Shown here one piece after another: positions 16,847 through 26,070 of a stretch of 64,000 bases of DNA (positions are counted from its first letter, which is position 1; each line of letters starts with the position of its first letter). The notes under the pieces are model-generated. The model was given only the letters and a program-made list of their open reading frames with translations. It had not been told where the DNA came from and made no database searches. The DNA is taken from IMG/VR virus record IMGVR_UViG_3300037067_007193, positions 11,589 through 75,588 of that record. One strand, written 5' to 3'. A program made the translations under genes and the position numbers. The stretch is from a virus. Taxonomy: Duplodnaviria > Caudoviricetes.

Positions 16847-18886
16847 GTGGAGATTTACGCAATGGCAATGGAAGTTGCAAATCCCGAAAAAGTAAAACGC
16901 AACAAGGGTGTAAAGAAACTTCTCGATTTCATCGGTGAACTGAACATAGCCGACAAGTTCAACGATGTAGACGGGCAGCGCGAGTTGGATGAGATCGGGC
17001 ATCTTGTCTGTGACGAGTTCAAGATAGACAAGGAAAGCCGCAAGGATTGGGAAACTCAGATGGAAATAGCGGACAAACTTGTCCGTCTGTTGGCTGAGAG
17101 AAAGACTTTCCCGTGGGACGGGGCCAGCAATGCCATCTATCCCCTAATGGCACAGGCGGCGATACAGTTCAACTCCCGCAGCCTGCCCCTGATGACAAAA
17201 GCGCAACGCGCTACGAAGTGCCGTGTCAACGGTCCCGACCCACAAGGCATCAAGGCAAAAATAGCCGATCTTGTTGGTGAACACATGAGTTGGCAGTTAC
17301 TTGACGAGATGGATGACTGGCTTGGCGAACAGGACTCCATGCTTCTGGCGCTGCCGATCATGGGTTGCGCCTTCAAGAAGGTGTACCGCGACATCCCGAA
17401 CCAGCGCAATGCCTCTGAATACTATTCCCCGATGGACATAGTAATAAACTACAAAGCCCGGAACATGCAGTCGGCAAAGCGTATCACGCACGTGTTCGAG
17501 TTGTCCAAGCGCGAGATAGTGGAGCGCCAGCGTGCGGGGATTTTCCTTGAGATAGACTTGGGGCATGGAGACCAGAAGGCCGAGACGGGTGACATCAAAG
17601 AACAAGACCCGTCATTCGTTCTTCTGGAACAGCACCGTTGGCTTGACTTGGATGATGACGGTCTGGATGAGCCATACATCGTGACCGTTCACCAGGATTC
17701 TGAAAAGGTTCTGCGCATCCGCCCGCGCTATGATGAGCGCGGAATCGTCCTGACAGCGGATGAGAAGCGCATAGCCAGAATAAAGCCAATTCAGTTTTTC
17801 GTGCGGTATCTGTTTATGCCATCCCCGGACAGGAACATCTATGGCTACGGCTTCGGGCAACTACTTCTGCATCCGAGCGTCCTGATTAACAGTATCATCA
17901 ACCAGACGATAGATGCCGGGACGTGGTACAACACGAACGCCGGATTCGTGTCGCGTGATTTAGGGGCCGGGCGCGGTTTGGTGACATTCCAGCCGAATGA
18001 GAAGAAAGTAGTCGATTCGGTCGATGACATCAACAAGAAGATATTCATGCTTCCGGCCCGCGAACCGAGTCAGACTTTGTTCAGTGTTCTTGGGCTTCTG
18101 CTTGAGGCGTCTGAGCGGCTTGGAAACAGCGTGGATGTCCTGACCGGAGAACACAGCACATCCAACCAGCCCGCCAGCACGACACTCGCCCTGATCGAAC
18201 AGGGGTTAAAGTTCTACAAGGCGGCGATCGGAAGACTGTTCAAGGGCTTGAAAGACGAGTTCAAGTTGCTGTTCGACCTGAATGCCCGGTATATGTCCGC
18301 GACCGAGGAACAGTTCTTCCGCTTGTTTGAGACGGAGGACAGAACCATATCCGGCGCGGCGTACAACACCGAATCGCTGGACGTGGTTCCGGTGAGTGCG
18401 AACGAGGAAGTAACTGTTGTCGAGAAACTGATAAAGGCGGAACAGTTGCAGCAGTGGTCGGCGCAGCGCGGCTTCCCGTGGCAAGTTCAGAGGAACATAG
18501 ACCTCCGCTATCTTGAGGCGTTGGGACAGGAAGACATTGACGCAATACTTCCTCCACCCGATTGGCAACCACCGACAGACCCGAAGGTTGAACTGGACAG
18601 AATGAAACTTGAACTGGATGCCAAGAAGTTGAAGAACGAAGACATGAAGATGGGTATGGAGTTGCAGAAGCTTCCTCTGGAACTGATGAAACTGAAACTT
18701 GAGTTGCTGGAAAAGAAGGAAGGCATCAAGGACAAGGCACTCAAGGCGCAGGTGGATGCCGCAGCGAAAATCGCGGATTCGGACACAAAGAGAAAGAAGG
18801 TTGAAGTTCAGGATAAGATGGCAGATAACCAGGTCAAGATTGCGGCAAGCAAGCCGAAACCCAAAGCGACGGGAGCGAAGAAATGA
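16847..18886 (+). CDS. portal protein
   Basis: 679 aa directly after TerL, helical, coiled-coil C-terminal barrel as in P22/N4-type portals. Confidence 0.8.
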   Translation: MEIYAMAMEVANPEKVKRNKGVKKLLDFIGELNIADKFNDVDGQRELDEIGHLVCDEFKIDKESRKDWETQMEIADKLVRLLAERKTFPWDGASNAIYPLMAQAAIQFNSRSLPLMTKAQRATKCRVNGPDPQGIKAKIADLVGEHMSWQLLDEMDDWLGEQDSMLLALPIMGCAFKKVYRDIPNQRNASEYYSPMDIVINYKARNMQSAKRITHVFELSKREIVERQRAGIFLEIDLGHGDQKAETGDIKEQDPSFVLLEQHRWLDLDDDGLDEPYIVTVHQDSEKVLRIRPRYDERGIVLTADEKRIARIKPIQFFVRYLFMPSPDRNIYGYGFGQLLLHPSVLINSIINQTIDAGTWYNTNAGFVSRDLGAGRGLVTFQPNEKKVVDSVDDINKKIFMLPAREPSQTLFSVLGLLLEASERLGNSVDVLTGEHSTSNQPASTTLALIEQGLKFYKAAIGRLFKGLKDEFKLLFDLNARYMSATEEQFFRLFETEDRTISGAAYNTESLDVVPVSANEEVTVVEKLIKAEQLQQWSAQRGFPWQVQRNIDLRYLEALGQEDIDAILPPPDWQPPTDPKVELDRMKLELDAKKLKNEDMKMGMELQKLPLELMKLKLELLEKKEGIKDKALKAQVDAAAKIADSDTKRKKVEVQDKMADNQVKIAASKPKPKATGAKK

Positions 18887-19137
18887 TTCTGGTGGAAGGC
18901 ATCAGCAAGGAAGATTTTGAGGCGTGGAAGTCGGCTATCCTGACGCAGCATATCTTAGCGTCAGTCCGAAAAGCCCGCGATGAGAAAGGCGATTACATGC
19001 GGCGCGGTCAAACTCTGGACGCAAACAGCGCAGAACGCACGCAAGCCTTGACAGCAGAGGCTTTTGGATATTGTGCCGCCCTGAACGATGTCCTAACGAT
19101 GGAAGCCGATGAAAAAATAAATCCCGTTATCTCTTGA
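18883..19137 (+). CDS. hypothetical protein
   Basis: ATGA overlap with portal. Confidence 0.6.
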   Translation: MILVEGISKEDFEAWKSAILTQHILASVRKARDEKGDYMRRGQTLDANSAERTQALTAEAFGYCAALNDVLTMEADEKINPVIS

Positions 19138-19162
19138 CAAAAAGGTCTTTTTATATTATATT
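19134..19162 (+). promoter_or_regulatory. sigma70-type promoter
   Basis: TTGACA-17 bp-TATATT. Confidence 0.7.
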
Positions 19163-19176
19163 GGAGATGAGAGAAT

Positions 19177-19362
19177 ATGGAACGTTCTCAACTTTTCCGT
19201 TTGATACAGGAAAAGATTGATGCGGAGATAGGAAACAAGCTGAACGGGCGTGTGGTTTTTACCGTAAGTCTTGGAGATGGTGGTATCCGGTTGTGCGAGT
19301 GCCAGACGACCGAGATTCTTCAGATACAGAAAAAGCCCGAACTGAAGGTGATAGCAAAGTAA
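19177..19362 (+). CDS. hypothetical protein
   Basis: 61 aa, GGAG RBS. Confidence 0.55.
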   Translation: MERSQLFRLIQEKIDAEIGNKLNGRVVFTVSLGDGGIRLCECQTTEILQIQKKPELKVIAK

Positions 19363-19495
19363 ATTACGCGGCGGGCTTTGTCCCGCACCCCCCCCGTTGC
19401 GACTCTTTAGCGTTGTGGGAGCCGCCCGCCGCGTGAACATATTGTAGTAAAGATTCGGCACTAAGAATCTCGCCCCAAAGGGCGACCATTCGATA

Positions 19496-19545
19496 GCCCG
19501 GATGGAAGAGGATAAAACCTCTCCTGTCCGGGCCTTTTTTATTTT
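19496..19545 (+). terminator. intrinsic terminator-like hairpin
   Basis: GCCCGGA...TCCGGGC stem followed by CTTTTTTATTTT. Confidence 0.6.
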
Positions 19546-19569
19546 ACCCCTATCCAGAAGGCGACAGCC

Positions 19570-19938
19570 ATGCAGAAAACCCCTCTACTCACCCGCGAAA
19601 CAATGAAAACCCGCACTGAGGACTGCCCTCCCGGAAGACCGGCAGGACACCGACTCCTTGTGCGAGTTGAAACCAAAGAAGAAAAAGTCGGAAGCATTAT
19701 TATTCCCGAACAACACGGAGAGGCCTGTGAACGGGCCAAGGTGTTGTGCGTGGGAGAAAACGCTTTTATGGGATACGGCGACAGCCATCCGTGGTGCGAA
19801 GCTGGCGACATAATTCATTTCGTGCGCTATGCTGGTAAGGAAGTCGTGTTTTTAGGCGACACCAGCAAATACCGGGTGATTAATGACGAGGATGTCTATT
19901 GGGTTTGCGACAAGGAAGCGGGGGTGACTCGTGGCTGA
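19570..19938 (+). CDS. groES: GroES/Cpn10-like co-chaperonin
   Basis: RPAGHRLLVR...GSIIIP...AKVLCVG...GDIIHFVRYAG...YRVINDEDV. Confidence 0.85.
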   Translation: MQKTPLLTRETMKTRTEDCPPGRPAGHRLLVRVETKEEKVGSIIIPEQHGEACERAKVLCVGENAFMGYGDSHPWCEAGDIIHFVRYAGKEVVFLGDTSKYRVINDEDVYWVCDKEAGVTRG

Positions 19939-20854
19939 TGAAAAGAAACCCCTCGAAGTTGGAGATCGGATTTTCCCGCCGGAAGATGGGGGAGATGCCA
20001 AGGACGGCGACAATACAGAAGATTATGGCGGATATACACCCGACAGTGATGTAGTGAAACTGGCATCTTCGCATGGTTGGAAGCCCAAGAACGAACACAA
20101 GGGCGACCGTGAATGGGTTGACCCGTACAAGTTTGTGGATGCTCAGTGGATTATCAACGGGGCTACCAAGAACGCGAATAAAAATCTTGAACGGCAGGTT
20201 GACCAGTTGACGCAGAAACTCAATCAGGTCACGCAGCATTTCGATGAAATGAACCGCCGGGAACAGGATAAGGTTCACTCCGAACTCAAGGCCATGAAGG
20301 TAGAGGCCATCAAAGAGGGCGATGCTGACAAGGTTGAAGAAATAGATGCGAAGATAAGCGAACTCAAGGAAACCGCGCCCTCGCGTGGCAATGCGGCTGA
20401 CCCCGCTATCTCGCAGTGGTTGACCGACAACCCGTGGTACAGGCCAGAAGGCCAAGGTGCTGATGCGGATGTCTCGGACGTGATTGAACTCGTTGAAGAA
20501 CTCAACACGCAGTACAAAGACCTCTCACCCAAGTTCCGCCTTGCCAAAATCGACCGCGAAGTTGCCGACTACATCGAGTTGCGCCGTCCGGAACTGAAAG
20601 AGAAGTACAAGTTCGCCGGGATACGGCAGGCCAATACCGCCGCTCCGAAAGATGATGATGCCGGTGAACGCAAGGAACGCAAGGCCATCTCGGATGTTGA
20701 GGGCAACGCAGTCGGCGGCAGTCGGCGTGGTAAGGACATCACCTATTCCCAACTCACCCCGGAAGAGAAAGCCGCCTGTGACTCTACGGTAGCTGAAGTC
20801 CAGGGAATGACCCGCGAAAAGTGGCTTGCCGGTTACAGCAAGCTGAGAGGATAA
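19931..20854 (+). CDS. probable head scaffolding protein
   Basis: Acidic coiled-coil protein between portal and capsid genes. Confidence 0.6.
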   Translation: MADEKKPLEVGDRIFPPEDGGDAKDGDNTEDYGGYTPDSDVVKLASSHGWKPKNEHKGDREWVDPYKFVDAQWIINGATKNANKNLERQVDQLTQKLNQVTQHFDEMNRREQDKVHSELKAMKVEAIKEGDADKVEEIDAKISELKETAPSRGNAADPAISQWLTDNPWYRPEGQGADADVSDVIELVEELNTQYKDLSPKFRLAKIDREVADYIELRRPELKEKYKFAGIRQANTAAPKDDDAGERKERKAISDVEGNAVGGSRRGKDITYSQLTPEEKAACDSTVAEVQGMTREKWLAGYSKLRG

Positions 20855-20858
20855 CCCC

Positions 20859-21698
20859 ATGTCCATAGACATTTGCAAAACCTACGCACTGTCCTTCAAG
20901 GGCGGTCTGTACGTCAAGGCGGATGGCAACCCGATAGACACGCGGTATGCCAACATAGTCCGCTCCAAAATGGAAAAAGACGGACTCAAGGTGGTCATCA
21001 TGCCCTTGAATCCCTTAGACCCCAAGAAAGTTGGAATAAAAGTGCATGACCCAAGCAAGGCTACAGAGCCTACCCCCGAAACGGCAGTAACAGAAGCGCC
21101 CAAGAAACCCGCAGAGGGTGAAGAAAAATCCATAGAGGATTTGCGCAAGGAAGTGGCTGAGTTGAAGGAACGCCGGGAGTTGGAACGCGAACTGGCAGAC
21201 CTGAAAGGTGAGGACGCTCCCACTCAGGAATTGTCACGCGGCAACGCTCCAAGCGGCAGACCGAGACGCAAGCCCTTCAAAAGAGATGTTCTTGATTTAC
21301 CCTCGACTCCTGGGTTTGAACGCAGATGGGTGAATGACGTACAGGACGGGATGCGCATTGCTGGATTAAAAGAAGAGGGATGGGAAGTTGACCCCGATCA
21401 GACAGCCACACTGGATGTCGATGGGGACGTAAACCGTCCGAGTCAGTTTGGTTCAGCTACATCCCGGCATGTCGGCGTAAAAACCGATGGCAGTGCCATG
21501 AAGGCCGTCCTGATGCGCAAGCGCAAGGACTGGTACGATGAGGACCGCGCCGAAGGACAGAAGGAAGAGGACAGGAAGATGGCTAATCTTGTCGCTCCTC
21601 CGAAAGGTCTTCGCGGCATCAAAGGTCCGGATGGCAATATCAGTCCGCTGGCGCTCCAGGTCGAGGGTTACGAATCGGAAGTTGAAAGACGCATTTAA
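20859..21698 (+). CDS. head-module protein
   Basis: RRWVND...GWEV...AVLMRKRKDWYDED motif; position in head module. Confidence 0.55.
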   Translation: MSIDICKTYALSFKGGLYVKADGNPIDTRYANIVRSKMEKDGLKVVIMPLNPLDPKKVGIKVHDPSKATEPTPETAVTEAPKKPAEGEEKSIEDLRKEVAELKERRELERELADLKGEDAPTQELSRGNAPSGRPRRKPFKRDVLDLPSTPGFERRWVNDVQDGMRIAGLKEEGWEVDPDQTATLDVDGDVNRPSQFGSATSRHVGVKTDGSAMKAVLMRKRKDWYDEDRAEGQKEEDRKMANLVAPPKGLRGIKGPDGNISPLALQVEGYESEVERRI

Positions 21699-21719
21699 TC
21701 GTAACCTGGAGTTTTTAAA

Positions 21720-22364
21720 GTGGCAAATACTGATCGAGTCAATGGGTTTAGGCCCGTTGGCACTCTTGGTGGAGGGCTTGGCAATCTCGGCTTCATCCAG
21801 AAATGCCTTGTGGATGAGGACGATTCCACCGCCCTTGCTGTGAATGATGTTGTAAAACTGGCTTCCGGCAACGAAAGTCTCGGCCTCGCTACCGTGACCG
21901 CCGCTGCCGCTGGCAACACGCCCTACGGTGTTGTTGTCGGTTTCGAGAATTGGGACGGTTCGGACAGTTCGGTGACTCAGACCCTTGAGAAACCGCGTAT
22001 CCGTTCTGCCTCTGTTCGTGGTTATGCCCTCGTTGCAATCGCCCCCGACCTGATTATGGAAACTCAGATTTCCACGGGTGGCGATCTCGAAGACGGCGAC
22101 ATCGGTGCTAAGGCCGATCTGACTGCCGCTGGTGCTGACACCACGGCGCAGACCTCCGGTATGGAACTCGACTACAGCACGATGGCCGCTACCGCTACTC
22201 TGATGTTCCACATCCTTCAGATGGTTGAGCGTGCGGATAACGCCCTTGGCGCTCATGCGAAGGTGTGGGTGACGTTCAACGCCCACGAACTCGGACGCGG
22301 CTGCTACTACTTAGACACTGGTGGATCGGCTGACGTGGCTGGACAAGTTGGTGTTCACGCTTAA
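21720..22364 (+). CDS. capsid cement/decoration-type protein
   Basis: MANTDRVNGFRPVG start, Ala/Gly/Thr-rich, immediately upstream of the capsid gene. Confidence 0.6.
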   Translation: MANTDRVNGFRPVGTLGGGLGNLGFIQKCLVDEDDSTALAVNDVVKLASGNESLGLATVTAAAAGNTPYGVVVGFENWDGSDSSVTQTLEKPRIRSASVRGYALVAIAPDLIMETQISTGGDLEDGDIGAKADLTAAGADTTAQTSGMELDYSTMAATATLMFHILQMVERADNALGAHAKVWVTFNAHELGRGCYYLDTGGSADVAGQVGVHA

Positions 22365-22387
22365 TCCCTGGCTAATGGAGAATTGAA

Positions 22388-23305
22388 ATGGCTATTACTC
22401 GCGGTTCTTTGAGTAAGATGCTCGTACAGGGACTGAACGCCATCTATGAACAGTCCTACAACGAGTACGCACCGATTTACCCCAAAGTGTTCATGTACAA
22501 CAAGTCCTCGAAGGCTTACGAAGAGGACGCTGGCATTGTCGGAACCGGTCTGGCCCCAATAATCACCGAGGGTGCGCCGGTTTCGATGGACACGATCACT
22601 CAGGGCTTCATTCAGCGGTATACCCACACCAAGTACGGCTTGGGCTTTACCGTGACGATGGAAGCATACGAGGACAATCAGTATCGGCTTACGCAGCAGA
22701 TGCTCCGCAGTCCCCGCGCTCTTGGCCGTTCCATCCGCGTGACGCAGGAAACGATTGCGCACAACGTATTCAACCGCGCCTTCAACAGTTCCTACAAGGG
22801 TGCTGATGGCAAGGAAATGTGCGCGACCGACCACCCGAACGCTGGTGGTGCTGGCGGAACGTACCAGAACGAACCTACCACTCCCGCCGACCTGAGCGAA
22901 GCGGCTCTTGAACAGGCCAAGATCACGATTTCCCGGTGGACTGACTCTCGTGGTCTGCCCGTGAATGCACGTATCAAGACCCTGTTTGTCCCGTCCGACC
23001 TGTCGTTTGAGGCGTACAGGATAACCAAGAGCGTGCTGCGCACCGGCTCTGCCGAGAATGACCCGAACGCTCTTCGCGCTATGGGCATCATTCCGGAAGT
23101 AATCGAAAGCCCGTACCTGACAGATACGGATGCGTGGTTCCTCATCACCGACGTACCTGACGGCCTGAAGTATTTCGAGCGTCTGGCCCCGAAGTTTGAC
23201 GAGGACAACGATTTCTTGACGGACAACGCGATGTACAAAGCGGTGTTCCGTGCCTGTTGGGGATGGACCGATCCCAAAGGAATATGGGGAAGTCCGGGAA
23301 AATAG
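22388..23305 (+). CDS. major capsid protein (Mu gpT-like HK97 fold)
   Basis: 305 aa; S.KAYEED, PYLTDTDAWFL, WGWTDPKGIWGSPG. Confidence 0.8.
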   Translation: MAITRGSLSKMLVQGLNAIYEQSYNEYAPIYPKVFMYNKSSKAYEEDAGIVGTGLAPIITEGAPVSMDTITQGFIQRYTHTKYGLGFTVTMEAYEDNQYRLTQQMLRSPRALGRSIRVTQETIAHNVFNRAFNSSYKGADGKEMCATDHPNAGGAGGTYQNEPTTPADLSEAALEQAKITISRWTDSRGLPVNARIKTLFVPSDLSFEAYRITKSVLRTGSAENDPNALRAMGIIPEVIESPYLTDTDAWFLITDVPDGLKYFERLAPKFDEDNDFLTDNAMYKAVFRACWGWTDPKGIWGSPGK

Positions 23306-23381
23306 GCAATTCGTTGCATTGGATGATGAAGGTGCGGAGGTCTGTGCGTACTCCGCACCGAGTCTTACAGGACACGAGACA

Positions 23382-24098
23382 ATGAAAATACGCCACACGT
23401 GCAGTATGCCCGGATGCAACAAGCGGGTTGTTTCAAACGGACTATGCGATACACACAGGAAACGAGTAGAACGGCATGGATCGACCGAACAGACTCGTGC
23501 CGCTGATTGGGGCAAGCGAGAAAAGCATCCATTATATCACGCTTGGTTGTGGTATGTACACTTTCGCAAATCATTGCTTTGTGAAAGGTGGCACGACTTC
23601 TGGAATTTTGTAGAGGACGCAGGAGAAAGACCATCTCCCGATTACAAGTTACGCCGAATTGATGAAAACAAAAACTATTGTAAGGAAAATTGTGAATGGG
23701 TTGAGTGTGTCAAAGGGTCCGGTTCCGACGGTGAGTACAGGCGTGAATACGCAAAATTGTGGAGAACTAAAAACCAAGATAAAACAAAAGCCATAAACGT
23801 ACGGAAGTTGGGATTGTCAATACTGCAATATAACCTCTTGGAAAAAGGTCAGCATGGACTATGTGCGATTTGTGGCAAACAAGAACACGTAATGGTTAAG
23901 AGTACAGGCAAACCTCGCGCCCTTGCCGTAGACCATAACCACGAGACGGGGGATATTCGCGGACTGCTTTGCACGAATTGCAATAAGGCACTTGGTCATT
24001 TTAAAGACAACGTTGAACTCTTGGCAAAGGCGATTGTCTATCTACAAAAAGAACCCGCGATACCGTTTTCAAAGACCTCGTTGAAAGTAGTTAATTAA
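23382..24098 (+). CDS. HNH / Endonuclease VII-like homing-type endonuclease
   Basis: CAICG...LAVDHNHETGDIRGLLCTNCNKALGHFKDN; N-terminal CSMPGC..CDTH. Confidence 0.85.
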   Translation: MKIRHTCSMPGCNKRVVSNGLCDTHRKRVERHGSTEQTRAADWGKREKHPLYHAWLWYVHFRKSLLCERWHDFWNFVEDAGERPSPDYKLRRIDENKNYCKENCEWVECVKGSGSDGEYRREYAKLWRTKNQDKTKAINVRKLGLSILQYNLLEKGQHGLCAICGKQEHVMVKSTGKPRALAVDHNHETGDIRGLLCTNCNKALGHFKDNVELLAKAIVYLQKEPAIPFSKTSLKVVN

Positions 24099-24158
24099 AA
24101 AATATCCGAACTACGGGTATTCCACAATGACGGCATGTCCGTCCGTAGGAGAGAATAA

Positions 24159-25073
24159 ATGGCAGGATCGAATTTTAATCATGGGTTCAGTGGCGGGTTG
24201 GTGGTGCAGAACCTTCCGGTTCAGCCGCTCGTGAATCCATATAACAAAGTATACTGGGTCGATGCGAACGCCGCACAGAACAGCGACGGTTCGTACAAGA
24301 AGCCCTTTGGTGCGATAGCGGATGCGCTGAGTGTGGCTATCACTGGCGATGTGATTTATGTCGCTGCGGGACATACCGAAAGTCTGTCCGGAGCGACAAT
24401 CTTTGCCATGTCCACTGAGGGCGTTACGGTAATCGGACTTGGTGAGGGTCAGCGGGTTCCGACTTTCACGACTACCGCTACTGATGGCGCGGTGATGGTG
24501 ACTGCGGCCAACTGCACGCTGAAGAACCTGAAGTTCGTGGCTGGTATCGACAACACCGTTCAGGCCATAGACCTTTCGGCTGCTGCTGACGGCGCGAGAA
24601 TCAGCGGATGCGTGTTCCGTGATACTGCCGCCGATCAGGAATTTCTGAAACACATTGACATTGCCACGACAATCGCTGATGTGATTATCGAGGACTGCGA
24701 TTTCTCGTGCGTAGCCGGTGGCGGGATGACGAGTTCGATTTTCTTCACCGGTACAAGTTCGGATGTGGTTATCCGCAACAACGTGTTCTATGTCGATTGC
24801 TCTGCGTCTGTCATCGACCATCTGGCTGACATTCCGACCAACATCCTGATACACGACAACCGTATCGTGAATCTGGATGACACCGGCACTCTCGGACTTG
24901 GCCTGAAATCGGATGGAGCCGGGACCGGGCAGGTGTTTGATAACTACGTCTGGTGCAACGAAGCGGCTTCGGCCATCTTCGCCGTCACCAACGACTTCTT
25001 CGTCTGCGAGAACTACTGCGCTAACAACATCAACGCCAGCGGCGTTCTGAATCCCGCTGCCGATACCATCTAA
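24159..25073 (+). CDS. right-handed beta-helix virion protein, paralog 1
   Basis: GDVIYVAAGHTE and repeated I.NN/DC.F rungs. Confidence 0.7.
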   Translation: MAGSNFNHGFSGGLVVQNLPVQPLVNPYNKVYWVDANAAQNSDGSYKKPFGAIADALSVAITGDVIYVAAGHTESLSGATIFAMSTEGVTVIGLGEGQRVPTFTTTATDGAVMVTAANCTLKNLKFVAGIDNTVQAIDLSAAADGARISGCVFRDTAADQEFLKHIDIATTIADVIIEDCDFSCVAGGGMTSSIFFTGTSSDVVIRNNVFYVDCSASVIDHLADIPTNILIHDNRIVNLDDTGTLGLGLKSDGAGTGQVFDNYVWCNEAASAIFAVTNDFFVCENYCANNINASGVLNPAADTI

Positions 25074-25089
25074 CCCCTGACAACGGGAG

Positions 25090-26007
25090 ATGAAAATGGC
25101 TGGATTTGCAAGCGGTTCAATCAGTCCCATTGTCGAGGGACTTGATCTGGTGAATTATCCGCCAGTAAGCAACAAAGCGATATGGGTTGACTCCAATGGT
25201 ATCGGCAGGGCCGATGGCACGCGGAATACCCCGTACACTACGATAGCTGCGGCTCTGGCTAAGGCGGCTACCGGTGACACTATTCTTATCGCCGCCGGGC
25301 ATACGGAAAACCTGTCTGCGGCTACCACGTTCGCTATTTCCACGGCTGGTATCACGATCATCGGACTTGGGACTGGCAACCGCATTCCTACGTTCAGCGC
25401 CACGGCTGATGTCGGGGCCGTGATGATTACGGCGGCCAATTCGGTGCTACAGAACCTCAAGTTCGTAGCCAACGTGACTGACGGCGCTGTTCAGGCGATT
25501 GACCTGTCTGCCGCCGCAGACGGAACGATTATCCGCAACTGTGTGTTCAGGGATACTACGGCCACGAAAGAGTGGCTGAAGCATATCGACATCGCCACCA
25601 CGATAGCCAACGTGGTTATTGAGGGTTGCGATTTCACGACTGCCGCCGGTTCAATGACCAGTTCCATCTTTTTCACCGGGACGAGCGACCATTGCACTAT
25701 CCGCAATAACAGGTGGCAGGTAGATGCTTCCGCTTCTGTGATAGATCACCTGACTGGTGTTGCCACGCGCCTGATGATTTACGGCAACCGTATCGTGAAT
25801 ATCGACACGGACGCCGGGCTGGTTGTGGGCGTGAAGTCCGATTCCACCTCCACTGGAATCATCTACGACAACTATATCCAGTCACCGAAGGCTGGTGCGG
25901 CTGTTCTTGCGGCTACAAACGATTTCTTTGTGGCTCAGAACTTCGCCAGTAACAACATCAACACCAGTGGCGTGCTTGACCCCGGTGCTGATACTTACGC
26001 GACTTAA
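25090..26007 (+). CDS. right-handed beta-helix virion protein, paralog 2
   Basis: Aligns end to end with paralog 1 (AVQAIDLSAAADG, LKHIDIATTIA, SSIFFTGTS). Confidence 0.7.
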   Translation: MKMAGFASGSISPIVEGLDLVNYPPVSNKAIWVDSNGIGRADGTRNTPYTTIAAALAKAATGDTILIAAGHTENLSAATTFAISTAGITIIGLGTGNRIPTFSATADVGAVMITAANSVLQNLKFVANVTDGAVQAIDLSAAADGTIIRNCVFRDTTATKEWLKHIDIATTIANVVIEGCDFTTAAGSMTSSIFFTGTSDHCTIRNNRWQVDASASVIDHLTGVATRLMIYGNRIVNIDTDAGLVVGVKSDSTSTGIIYDNYIQSPKAGAAVLAATNDFFVAQNFASNNINTSGVLDPGADTYAT

Positions 26008-26070
26008 TCCCATTCTGCCCGTGATGCCGGGGCTTAACCGCCCCGGCTCATTCAAATTGGAGGAAAACAC

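Noticed and set aside
23250-23381. Capsid-endonuclease fusion by -1 frameshift, or the long N-terminus given in the ORF track
   Set aside because: The endonuclease frame is +1 relative to the capsid, not -1; ATG 23382 is the more plausible start
23306-24158. Group I intron around the HNH gene
   Set aside because: The capsid gene ends with a normal-looking C-terminus and no second exon or P-Q-R-S core could be identified by eye
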